The translations under genes were made by a program, and so were the position numbers. The notes under the pieces are model-generated. The model did not search any database and was not told the DNA's origin. It saw only the letters and a list, made by a program, of their open reading frames with translations. 64,000 bases of DNA from a virus. The stretch is from positions 1 to 64,000 of IMG/VR virus record IMGVR_UViG_3300020463_003399. One strand, 5' to 3'. Of the stretch, positions 1 to 8,417 are shown piece by piece; position 1 is the stretch's first letter, and the number at the start of each line of letters is the position of its first letter.

Positions 1-107
1 AAGAACAAAAAACAAATAAAGATAGCAAATATACTCAATACAAAGCCTTCAGATGCAAAAGTATTACTAGAAATAGAAAACTATATTATTATTAAGGTAC
101 CAGTATA

Positions 108-854
108 ATGTGGACAAATCCAGTAGAAAAAGAAGTCTGGATACTAGATGATTTTCTTCCAGAAGATAAAGTTGATGAACTATTAGAAAAGTTAAACGCA
201 ACTAACTATAGAACTATCGGTGAAACAATCAAATCAGAATCACAATTAAAAGACAGTAAAGTAGAACAAGATACACAAACAGTATCAGACTTTTCATATA
301 ACGTACATGGTGACGTAAAGATAAGAGAAGACTTTGTGGTTAGAGATTCTATTGCTGAACAACTGTCAAAAATATTTCCGAAAGAAAGTGTAGCAGACTA
401 CACAGACAGAGATAATGAACTTTTTCCTTTACAACTTTTCATGAAAAGTCACGGAGTGGGAAGACGTTATTCACTTCATTCAGAATCAATTAGTACATAT
501 GGTACTCATGGATTTATGATATTTTTAGATGAAGTAGAGGGTTGTGATTTAGTATTTCCAAGTGAGAAATCTTTACCTGCATTGTGGGAAAAATATCCTC
601 TATGGAAACCCATATGGGAAAAGAATAAAGAGACTATACCAACAAGTAGATACTTAGATGACTTTAGATATTCACCAAAAAGAAATCAATGTATTCTATT
701 TAAAATTGAATCTGCACATTATGTTGATGAACCACAAGGAGAATTCATTGATAAGCCTGGTTCTTGGCGTCACTCAATACAAGGTTGGCCATGGGTTGAA
801 TCTGAATTTCAGAAAAGAATGTTAAACAAAATATCTACATATAGCGATAGATAA
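108..854 (+). CDS. 2OG-Fe(II) oxygenase-like protein (prolyl-hydroxylase-like)
   Basis: N-terminal ILDDFL, HxE (YSLHSES), distal His (SAHYV) and terminal Arg (WRHSI) in the order typical of 2OG-Fe(II) oxygenases. Confidence 0.55.
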   Translation: MWTNPVEKEVWILDDFLPEDKVDELLEKLNATNYRTIGETIKSESQLKDSKVEQDTQTVSDFSYNVHGDVKIREDFVVRDSIAEQLSKIFPKESVADYTDRDNELFPLQLFMKSHGVGRRYSLHSESISTYGTHGFMIFLDEVEGCDLVFPSEKSLPALWEKYPLWKPIWEKNKETIPTSRYLDDFRYSPKRNQCILFKIESAHYVDEPQGEFIDKPGSWRHSIQGWPWVESEFQKRMLNKISTYSDR

Positions 855-881
855 AAAATTAAAAAAAAGTTAAAAAAAGTA

Positions 882-910
882 TTGACACAGGTATTCAAAT
901 TTGTTATTAT
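882..910 (+). promoter_or_regulatory. sigma70-type promoter with extended -10
   Basis: TTGACA (882-887), 17 bp spacer, TGn-TATTAT (905-910), A-rich UP element upstream. Confidence 0.8.
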
Positions 911-915
911 TAAAG

Positions 916-1022
916 TATTAAAGATGTCAAGTGTCTCCTCTCAACCTCTCTCATCTAGCTAGGCATCTTTAGTATTCTCATACGAGAGCGAGTATTATCC
1001 CGGCTACGGCCGGGATAATTTT
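916..1022 (+). ncRNA. putative small RNA or structured leader with CU-rich anti-SD loop
   Basis: Starts just after the promoter; 13-bp stem 916-928/962-974 with two G-U pairs encloses CTCCTCTC and ACCTCTCTC; small hairpin TCTC-ATAC-GAGA; terminal cUACGg hairpin with short U tract. Confidence 0.6.
994..1022 (+). terminator. intrinsic terminator-like hairpin
   Basis: ATTATCCCGGC-TACG-GCCGGGATAAT followed by TTT. Confidence 0.65.
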
Positions 1023-1034
1023 AAAGAGGTTCAA

Positions 1035-1208
1035 ATGGATAAAAACGAAAAGAAAAAACTAGAAAAAGCCGAACTAGAAAAACAGATACAAAAGTATCTT
1101 AAAAAAGGTGGCAAAGTAGATTATTGTCCTGAAGGTGCAATCACAGATGAAGGACAAATGAATTATAAGTTTCGTAGGAATAAAAAATCCCCAAAATCAA
1201 GTGGTTAA
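1035..1208 (+). CDS. 57-aa SutA-like (RNA polymerase-binding domain-like) protein, not in ORF track
   Basis: RBS GAGG; MDKNEKKKLEKAELEKQIQKYLKKGGKVDYCPEG...; the LExQIxxYLxKGGKV motif resembles the SutA RNAP-binding domain. Confidence 0.55.
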   Translation: MDKNEKKKLEKAELEKQIQKYLKKGGKVDYCPEGAITDEGQMNYKFRRNKKSPKSSG

Positions 1209-1253
1209 CTTAACAACGTTGTTAAGTATCTTTAAATTTCCATAAATATTAGT

Positions 1254-1481
1254 ATGAAAATACTAATGGTAATAATATTCGTCCTATCAAATGGAAAAGA
1301 AATATATCCAACGCAAGAAGGTTGGAGACCTACAGTTATGGATTCTTTGGAAGCATGTGAAATAAGAAAAGCGGCCGCTAAAGAATATATAGATTGGTCT
1401 TTTGAAACTGGAAACATGCCTAGCTATTATGCAGGATATAAAATTCTTTGTGAAGTTACCGGAGGAGATAAAGATGATTAA
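1254..1481 (+). CDS. hypothetical protein with hydrophobic N-terminus
   Basis: 75-aa ORF; overlaps the next gene at ATGATTAA. Confidence 0.5.
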   Translation: MKILMVIIFVLSNGKEIYPTQEGWRPTVMDSLEACEIRKAAAKEYIDWSFETGNMPSYYAGYKILCEVTGGDKDD

Positions 1482-1602
1482 ATGGCATAGAAAACAAACT
1501 GAATACTGGCAAAAGAAATTTAATGTAGACGCATATGGTCTTGCATGGATTGCCTGGGCTAAAGGTCTTGTAATGGGTTTATTGATTGCTTGGTTTATTT
1601 AA
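1474..1602 (+). CDS. small membrane protein (42 aa; start revised from 1402)
   Basis: GGAGGAG RBS before ATG 1474; C-terminal TM helix YGLAWIAWAKGLVMGLLIAWFI. Confidence 0.55.
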   Translation: MIKWHRKQTEYWQKKFNVDAYGLAWIAWAKGLVMGLLIAWFI

Positions 1603-2125
1603 CACCATCGATACAATGATATTCAAATCTTTCAGTATTGTATAACCAAAATTCTTCTGTACTTAAAACTATCCAAGTACCATATTTCTCAGAATTATAT
1701 TTAACATGAATAGGGCTTCTCCAGCCTTTATTCAATAATACTTCTTGAAATGCTACGTAAGTTCCCTTACGACTAAATTTCATAAAAACGATATTCACAT
1801 CATTTTCTTCTGCGATATCCATAGTCTGATTTATCCAACCTTCTAAAAGCGGAATTTTTTTATTGTGTAGAAAATGGTGAAAAGGAAAATCAGCATAATT
1901 TTTGCATTCGCAATTAAAATACTTCCAATTATCAGGAGGTATAATATCTCCTTTAAAACCTCTTACTTGTCCTTCACTTAAATTAGATGCTCTATGGAAA
2001 TTACTTCCACCTATATATGCACCACTATTAGGTACACGTACAAAGCTACCATTATATTTCTCACTTAGGAACTTAGCTAACTCTCTTTCATAGCTACTAC
2101 CTTTTGCTTTACTTTTACTTGGCAT
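1595..2125 (-). CDS. Holliday junction resolvase (Hjc-like PD-(D/E)xK nuclease)
   Basis: KGSSYERE, PNSGA, GDII and ECKN motifs. Confidence 0.75.
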   Translation of the reverse strand: MPSKSKAKGSSYERELAKFLSEKYNGSFVRVPNSGAYIGGSNFHRASNLSEGQVRGFKGDIIPPDNWKYFNCECKNYADFPFHHFLHNKKIPLLEGWINQTMDIAEENDVNIVFMKFSRKGTYVAFQEVLLNKGWRSPIHVKYNSEKYGTWIVLSTEEFWLYNTERFEYHCIDGVK

Positions 2126-2220
2126 AAATTATATCTTCCATTATTAAAGGTCTAAAGACCTAATCCCTTTTAATTCTCAATCGCTTTGCTCTTTCGAATT
2201 AATTCGGTATTTGTTTTATT

Positions 2221-2249
2221 AGTATATATCATTAATGGGTATATGTCAA
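2221..2249 (-). promoter_or_regulatory. sigma70-type promoter for the resolvase gene
   Basis: Minus strand TTGACA (2249-2244), 17 bp, TATACT (2226-2221). Confidence 0.7.
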
Positions 2250-2259
2250 TAGTATTAGT

Positions 2260-2754
2260 CTCTGTCCCGTGAAGAAGCCATAATTGCCCTGTTGCCAGGA
2301 CAATTAAAAAATGGCTGTACAGAAAATCTTGTCTTATCTGTCCCTTGCTCATCGCCTCTATGTCTAAGTTAGTCGCTAGTTACGACGGAGTCGGTTGGCG
2401 ATCCCTCCTTAACTTAGTATTGCATCTTTCGATCCAACGGCACTCTTTATAATCCACATAGATAGAAACTATAAAAAGCAGATAGTGTTATAAAAACCTA
2501 TCATCGGTAATATTATTACTAGTCAACCATGTCCTTCAGAGACCATGGCTGTTTTATGATTATGAATACTCTTTTGTGGTTTACGAGAAGAATGTCAGAA
2601 TTCATCCTGACTAGTCCGACGGCAAATCTTAAATTTGCAATCTCAATCCCGTGTCGGCAACCCGACAAACGATTCCACTATGTATGCTGAGATATTAGTC
2701 ATTCCCTATTCCTATTCACCGAGTTATATATTAGATGTATTAGTCGTATTAGTT
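2260..2754 (-). ncRNA. putative large structured non-coding RNA, family not recognised
   Basis: About 500 nt without a credible gene in a gene-dense genome; many nested helices with G-U pairs on the minus strand, GCAA/GAAA tetraloops and two pseudoknot pairings (see findings). Confidence 0.7.
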
Positions 2755-2990
2755 TTACAATATTGGCATTCCTGCCTTTTTACTCATTTCAAAGTTTTTC
2801 TCAATAATTTTATTGAGATGCTTAATATGAGACACTGGCATATCGTGTAGATCCCGAATCGAAACCCCACCTCTCATATACCAACTTAATTCTAACAAAT
2901 TATAGTGTAGTTTGTCAAGTTCTTTTTCAAACTTTTTTTGTTTTTCTACAATTTCTTCACCGCTGGCGGTTGCTAACCAGCTACGGAAAA
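2755..2990 (-). CDS. -1 frameshift extension of the upstream gene (gp51/tail-chaperone-like C-terminal domain)
   Basis: Open -1 frame FRSWLATASGEEIVEKQKKFEKELDKLHYNLLELSWYMRGGVSIRDLHDMPVSHIKHLNKIIEKNFEMSKKAGMPIL*, with no good start of its own, entered at slippery site A AAT TTT (2994-2988). Confidence 0.75.
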
Positions 2991-3818
2991 ATTTATAGGG
3001 TTCATTTCTAAGCTAATTGTCTCTTTATGACCGCAATCTTCAACTGGACAAACAAAGTTAAACTTGTTTAATTCTGCTGGTTTTCTTGTAATTTTTTCTA
3101 CTGATTTGTTGATATTAGTTACTAAACTTGCAGGTATATTAGCTAGAAATTCATTAATTTGTACTCTATCTGTTATATCTGCCTCTTTAGTACGTATCAT
3201 AGAAACTGTTTCAGATAATAAATCTACATTTTGTCTAGCAACACGTTCAAAACTTGAATAAAAACGTTTGGCAAGTTCTAACTCATCAGCATCATCTTTA
3301 CTTTGTGTTTTGATGTTATTAACAATTCTTTGTTCTTCTAGCTGAATGAGAGCAACCCGTGTTACACTCTCTAAACTCGGTGGTTTAACATGTATCTCTA
3401 AATCTTCATACATTATAGGTTCTACAACATCTATATCTGGAAATTTGTTCAACAAAAAGTTAATGTCAATGTTAAAATCGCTTTGATTATCACATTTAGT
3501 ACATTTGTGTGTATGTGTGACTTCTTTTCCATATGTAGCATAGCTGATAGCTAAAAATAATGCCTCAGCATCAATGTTGCATAAGTTTCTTGGGTTCGGT
3601 ATTGATGGACAACAACTTTTAAACAAACTAATCATAGCTTCACCGTTTAATAGTGAGTCAGGGTTTCTTAAAGTTATTTCATCAATAGCCGTCATAGGCA
3701 TAACGCCTATTTCATCAATAATAGTTTGGTCTATTTCAGGATTAAATCTTCCTTTAGTAGGCAAACTTACATAAATTGCCGGCTTTCTAAAATACTTAGT
3801 TAGCGGATTCTCGTTCAT
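2973..3818 (-). CDS. baseplate hub/tail assembly chaperone (T4 gp26-like)
   Basis: NPL..YFRKPAIYVSLP N-terminus, MTAIDEI, two Cys pairs (CTKC, CPVEDC), C-terminal NF; divergent from the tape-measure-like gene. Confidence 0.7.
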   Translation of the reverse strand: MNENPLTKYFRKPAIYVSLPTKGRFNPEIDQTIIDEIGVMPMTAIDEITLRNPDSLLNGEAMISLFKSCCPSIPNPRNLCNIDAEALFLAISYATYGKEVTHTHKCTKCDNQSDFNIDINFLLNKFPDIDVVEPIMYEDLEIHVKPPSLESVTRVALIQLEEQRIVNNIKTQSKDDADELELAKRFYSSFERVARQNVDLLSETVSMIRTKEADITDRVQINEFLANIPASLVTNINKSVEKITRKPAELNKFNFVCPVEDCGHKETISLEMNPINFSVAG

Positions 3819-3835
3819 TATTAATTCCTTGATTT

Positions 3836-3843
3836 GATAAATA
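3836..3843 (+). promoter_or_regulatory. T4-late-like promoter GATAAATA
   Basis: The same octamer precedes most structural genes in the window. Confidence 0.65.
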
Positions 3844-3929
3844 CACTTATATAAATTACTAAGTGGTTATATACGTATATTTAGACATATTATAAACTAC
3901 GAAGTTTAACTTGTCAAGAGAGAAATTTA

Positions 3930-6269
3930 ATGGCTGAAGGCGATGTAACAATAACAGGTTTGAGTCCGAATGTACCACAATGGTCTACGGAACAAACATT
4001 ACTTAAAGTAACGCAGATTTTACAGAAAGAAAATCTACTTACTTCACAGGTTATTAAAAGTATTAATGCCCTGGCGTCAGGTAATGCCGAAACAGTAAAA
4101 GAAGTACGTCAAAATGTACAACAAGCCAGAGAAACCGCTAAAGCAACAAAAGAATTAGAAAAAACCACTGCACAATCAGTACAAGAAGAAAAGAAGTCTT
4201 TTAATATCTTTAGTAATATCTACAAAGGCATAGAAAGACTAGTAAGAGTCGAAGAATTACAAAACACATTACAAGAAAAAAGAACAAAAGCACTTGAAGA
4301 AAAAATATTTCAGGCAACAATGAAATCGGCACCTGATGGCGATGTACAAGCGGCTAGATTAGATGCAAAAATGAAGGCGGCAACACAGGCAACGAAAAAC
4401 TCTGAAACAAATATTCTTAGTGGTGACATTAATCCTAACTTTTTTCAAAAAACTATTAAAGGTATTGCAGGCATGACAGTTGCGGCAGAAGGATTTAATG
4501 CATACTTAGGTCAAAACTTTGAAGATAGATTTAATCTTGCAAACGAAATAAGACAATCTGGTTTATTTGCAGGTTTAGATTCTGCTTCTGCAGGATTAAT
4601 TGGGTTTTCAGAAACAGTTAATGATAGTAACTTTACATTAGGTCAAGCGGCAGAATTTACTGAAAGATTTTCACAAGCAGTTGGTAGAACAGGCGTTGAG
4701 GCGGCAATGAGATTTGTAAACGCCATGGCATATGATAGGCAACTTGAAAATGGAGAAAAAGCATTAGGCTTGATGGAAAGATTTGGTATGGACTTTAGAC
4801 AAGTTAGTATTGTGTCAGGTGAATATCTAGAATCTTTAAGATCCGCAAACGTATTAGGAAAATTGTCACAAGCACAAATGGAAGCAGGCATGGAAGACTT
4901 TATGGATGGGGTTACTGCAACATCTAACGTCTTAAAAATTAGTTTAGAAGATTCTGCAAAGATGATTGCAGATAGATTGAACAGAGATGATATTGCTGGG
5001 TTCATGGCTCTTATGAGTGATGATAAAAAACAACAAACAACGGCGGCATTAGCAGGTGTTGGTCTTGAAGATGGAAGTGTATTAGGTGAGGCAATTATTA
5101 AAAGGATTGCAATGGGTAGTGAAGGATTTTTAGTTTCAGATGACAGAGCCCAACTAATGGAAACAGCCCAAGGTGCAGAAATAGTTAGACTTATTGAACA
5201 AGTAGGTTTAATTGCAGACCAAGGCGGAGACGTAAGTGCGGCGATGAAAACATTTATGTCTGGCGCAGGACAAATGGTTGATGCTAATCAAGGTGATGCT
5301 ACTGCTAAATTACTGATGGCTACTGGACAAGGCAATATAGGAAAAATGTTTACTGAAATTGAAAAATTTTCAGGAACTATTGGTGACATTGACAAAGGAA
5401 TTACACCGTTAGCTGAGGCAGACGTTGCCCAAGTTGCTAAAGACGATATTGCAAGAACGGCCACAGTTGCTATCGAAGGATTGGTAAACACACAAATGCC
5501 AGTCTTTGCAGAAAACTTAAAAGGTATCAATACACAAACTGCTGGTATAATTAACAACTTAGAACAAGTAGGACTTAATCTAGCACCAGCGGCCTCGGTA
5601 GCCGCTAGAACGGCAGGAATAATAACTGAGGCAGGCAGAGGCATTGGAGATGCAATGCTAGACGCCTTAGAATTTATAACATCACCATTAGATAATGCCG
5701 TTACAGGTACTGTAAAAGTAATTGGAGCAGATGATACTAAAACAGGACAAATTATTACTGATACTCAACAAACAGATGAAGAAAAAGATAAAAACATAGC
5801 AACAAAACGACAGACCAAAGATATCACAAAGGGCGAAGAAAGTTTACGTGAAGGTGGTATTGTTAATATGTTGATAGATGGTCAAGCAAAAAATATGTTT
5901 GACGAATTATTTGAAGTTTTATTAAAAGATAAAAATGCTGATATATCAGGAAACGTATCTGAACTATCAGATTTAATGGGATTTGATAGTTTCTTTAAAG
6001 ATGATGCAGAATCTATAAAAGAAAGTCAAGCAGAATTAATGAGAGCAATCGAAGCCATTAAAGAAAAAGACGAATTCAGGGCTGAAGGTGGACAAGAAAA
6101 ACTACAGAAATTATTAGATGCACTAGAAGCCATGCAATCAGAAACATATGAAAAGAGTATGTTCAGAGGTGACGAAGCAACAAAGGCAAGAAACGATGAA
6201 AACGCCACAGAAAAAGACGCTTTAGTTGGAGCAATTAGAGATTTAATAGACTCAATCAAGAGGCAATAA
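3930..6269 (+). CDS. putative tape measure protein
   Basis: 779 aa, Ala/Gly/Gln-rich, appears mostly helical; late promoter; next to the frameshifting chaperone. Confidence 0.5.
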   Translation: MAEGDVTITGLSPNVPQWSTEQTLLKVTQILQKENLLTSQVIKSINALASGNAETVKEVRQNVQQARETAKATKELEKTTAQSVQEEKKSFNIFSNIYKGIERLVRVEELQNTLQEKRTKALEEKIFQATMKSAPDGDVQAARLDAKMKAATQATKNSETNILSGDINPNFFQKTIKGIAGMTVAAEGFNAYLGQNFEDRFNLANEIRQSGLFAGLDSASAGLIGFSETVNDSNFTLGQAAEFTERFSQAVGRTGVEAAMRFVNAMAYDRQLENGEKALGLMERFGMDFRQVSIVSGEYLESLRSANVLGKLSQAQMEAGMEDFMDGVTATSNVLKISLEDSAKMIADRLNRDDIAGFMALMSDDKKQQTTAALAGVGLEDGSVLGEAIIKRIAMGSEGFLVSDDRAQLMETAQGAEIVRLIEQVGLIADQGGDVSAAMKTFMSGAGQMVDANQGDATAKLLMATGQGNIGKMFTEIEKFSGTIGDIDKGITPLAEADVAQVAKDDIARTATVAIEGLVNTQMPVFAENLKGINTQTAGIINNLEQVGLNLAPAASVAARTAGIITEAGRGIGDAMLDALEFITSPLDNAVTGTVKVIGADDTKTGQIITDTQQTDEEKDKNIATKRQTKDITKGEESLREGGIVNMLIDGQAKNMFDELFEVLLKDKNADISGNVSELSDLMGFDSFFKDDAESIKESQAELMRAIEAIKEKDEFRAEGGQEKLQKLLDALEAMQSETYEKSMFRGDEATKARNDENATEKDALVGAIRDLIDSIKRQ

Positions 6270-6275
6270 ATGGTG

Positions 6276-6304
6276 TTGACACGGTATCTTAAATATGATA
6301 CTAT
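6276..6304 (+). promoter_or_regulatory. sigma70-type promoter upstream of portal
   Basis: TTGACA, 17 bp, TGn-TACTAT. Confidence 0.55.
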
Positions 6305-6322
6305 AGGAGATAAGGATTAAAA

Positions 6323-8023
6323 ATGAGTTGGAAAAAATATTTTAAAACGTATGACGGTATGCCCGAAAAAATGCCAGCATCAACAGGTGCAGGTGTACAG
6401 GCAGACGCCGATACAAAAAGATACTCTAGTTGGCTCCCAGAAGTCTATCAAGGACAACCTAATCGTGTTCAAAGATACGGACAGTATGACCAAATGGATT
6501 TAGATAGTGAAGTGAACACTGCATTAGATACTATTGCAGAATTCTCTACACTAAAAAATGAATATACAAAATTACCCTTTCAAGTTGAATACAACGAAGA
6601 GGCAAGCGATACTGAAAATGATATCATTCAGAAGTCTTTAAAACAATGGTGTAACTTAAATGAAATACACAAACGTATTTTTAGAATTTTCAGAAACTCA
6701 GTAAAGTATGGTGACCAAGTTTTTGTACGTGACCCAGAAACATATAAATTATTTTGGGTAGATCCTGCAAAAATTGAAAAAGTTATTGTCAACGAAGGTA
6801 AAGGAAAAAAGATTGAGGCATATTATATTAAAGATATGGATATCAATCTACAAAGTTTAAATGTAACCGCAGACGAAAATAAACTCTTACACTCATCAGC
6901 AGGATATCCTAACAATCCTAATGTCAACGCAAACACAACTCAAGGATATGCCGCTGGTTCTGTAGGAGGAACAAGATACGTTTCGGAACAAACATCAACA
7001 CCAGTTGATGCAAAACACGTAGTACATATTTCATTAAGTGAAGGTATCGATGGCTTCTGGCCATTTGGTAATTCAGTTTTAGAACCTGTATTTAAAGTTT
7101 ACAAACAAAAAGAATTACTAGAAGATGCAATCTTAATCTATCGTGTACAAAGAGCACCAGAACGTAGAGTATTCTACATTGATGTTGGTAATATGCCTAC
7201 ACACAAAGCAAGAGCCCACTTAGAACGTATCAAAAATGATATTCATCAAAGACGTATTCCAAGTAAAACAGGTGGTGGACAAAACATTACAGATAGTGCA
7301 TACAATCCATTATCAATTATGGAAGATTATTTCTTTGCACAAACGGCTGAAGGTCGTGGTTCTAAAGTTGAGACATTACCAGGTGGCGAAAACTTAGGAC
7401 AGATTGATGATTTGAAATATTTCAATGATAAGTTAATGCGTGGTCTAAGAGTACCGCCAAGCTATCTAGGAAGTTTAGATAGTGATGGTAATGGTTACAA
7501 TGATGGACGTGTAGGTACTGCGTTTATTCAAGAATTCAGATTTACAAAATTCTGTGAAAGATTACAAAAAATAGTCGGTGAAGAATTAGATAGAGAATTT
7601 AAAATGTTCTTAAAACACAGAGGTGTTATAATTGAAAGTTCTTTATTTGATTTAGTATTCAATACTCCACAAAACTTTGGTAAGTATCGTCAAGCAGAAG
7701 TAGACCAAGTAATGATGAATGTATTCACTGCTATTGAAGGTGCTGAATACGTAAGTAAACGTTTTGCAATGAAACGTTTCTTAGGTTTAACAGATGAAGA
7801 AATCTTAGAAAACGAAAAACTTTGGTCCGAAGAAAAAGGCACATCAGATCCTGAAGGACAAGACGGTCTGAAATCTGTAGGAGCATCAGTTCCTGGAGGA
7901 GACTTTGAAGGCGGTGCTGAACCTGAGTTTGATGAAACAGATGCCGAAGGCGCAGATACAGAGTCAGGAGATTCACCAATCTCGGGCGCTGAAGGCGATT
8001 TAGTATCAGATGATGAAGAATAA
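6323..8023 (+). CDS. gp20: portal vertex protein
   Basis: LEDAILIYRVQRAPERRVFYIDVGNMP, EDYFF, GSKVETLPGG: T4 gp20 signatures. Confidence 0.95.
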   Translation: MSWKKYFKTYDGMPEKMPASTGAGVQADADTKRYSSWLPEVYQGQPNRVQRYGQYDQMDLDSEVNTALDTIAEFSTLKNEYTKLPFQVEYNEEASDTENDIIQKSLKQWCNLNEIHKRIFRIFRNSVKYGDQVFVRDPETYKLFWVDPAKIEKVIVNEGKGKKIEAYYIKDMDINLQSLNVTADENKLLHSSAGYPNNPNVNANTTQGYAAGSVGGTRYVSEQTSTPVDAKHVVHISLSEGIDGFWPFGNSVLEPVFKVYKQKELLEDAILIYRVQRAPERRVFYIDVGNMPTHKARAHLERIKNDIHQRRIPSKTGGGQNITDSAYNPLSIMEDYFFAQTAEGRGSKVETLPGGENLGQIDDLKYFNDKLMRGLRVPPSYLGSLDSDGNGYNDGRVGTAFIQEFRFTKFCERLQKIVGEELDREFKMFLKHRGVIIESSLFDLVFNTPQNFGKYRQAEVDQVMMNVFTAIEGAEYVSKRFAMKRFLGLTDEEILENEKLWSEEKGTSDPEGQDGLKSVGASVPGGDFEGGAEPEFDETDAEGADTESGDSPISGAEGDLVSDDEE

Positions 8024-8060
8024 AGATAAATACATTTGTTAGAAACATTGGATTTTTATA

Positions 8061-8279
8061 ATGAAGTACTCAGAGATTAAGGAAAATTATTCTCCTGACA
8101 GAGATAAACACAATAGTATAGAGTTAGGCGATACTAGAAAGAAACGTCTAACACTTTCGCACCTTAATGATTTGAGAAAAATGAGAACTTATAGAGAATA
8201 TAAGAATGACGAAAAGAAAGGTCAACTTAAAGCCCAATACGGCGGTTCTGCTAAAGGTTCTGAGCAACCTGAACTATAA
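8061..8279 (+). CDS. small basic head-module protein
   Basis: Late promoter GATAAATA at 8025-8032; lies between portal and core genes. Confidence 0.65.
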   Translation: MKYSEIKENYSPDRDKHNSIELGDTRKKRLTLSHLNDLRKMRTYREYKNDEKKGQLKAQYGGSAKGSEQPEL

Positions 8280-8417
8280 AACGTCAAATTTCTTACATAC
8301 ATAGTGCAATATGTACGTATTTAAAGAACATAAGTAGTATTCTAAATAACTTATGATCCATAATGGCTTAAAAATTAGCCATTTTTGCACATTTCCGTAA
8401 TAAACCCCAAATACCTC

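Noticed and set aside
2126-2270. Group I intron reading (ACAGAGACTA resembles the R element, AAGATATA resembles S)
   Set aside because: The S-like stretch lacks TAGTC so P7 cannot form, a promoter lies between the two, and no interrupted gene flanks the region
2170-2352. 60-aa minus-strand ORF in the track
   Set aside because: Runs through the structured element and the resolvase promoter; no protein-like features
2635-2850. 71-aa plus-strand ORF in the track
   Set aside because: TTG start without RBS; antisense to the frameshift extension and the structured RNA
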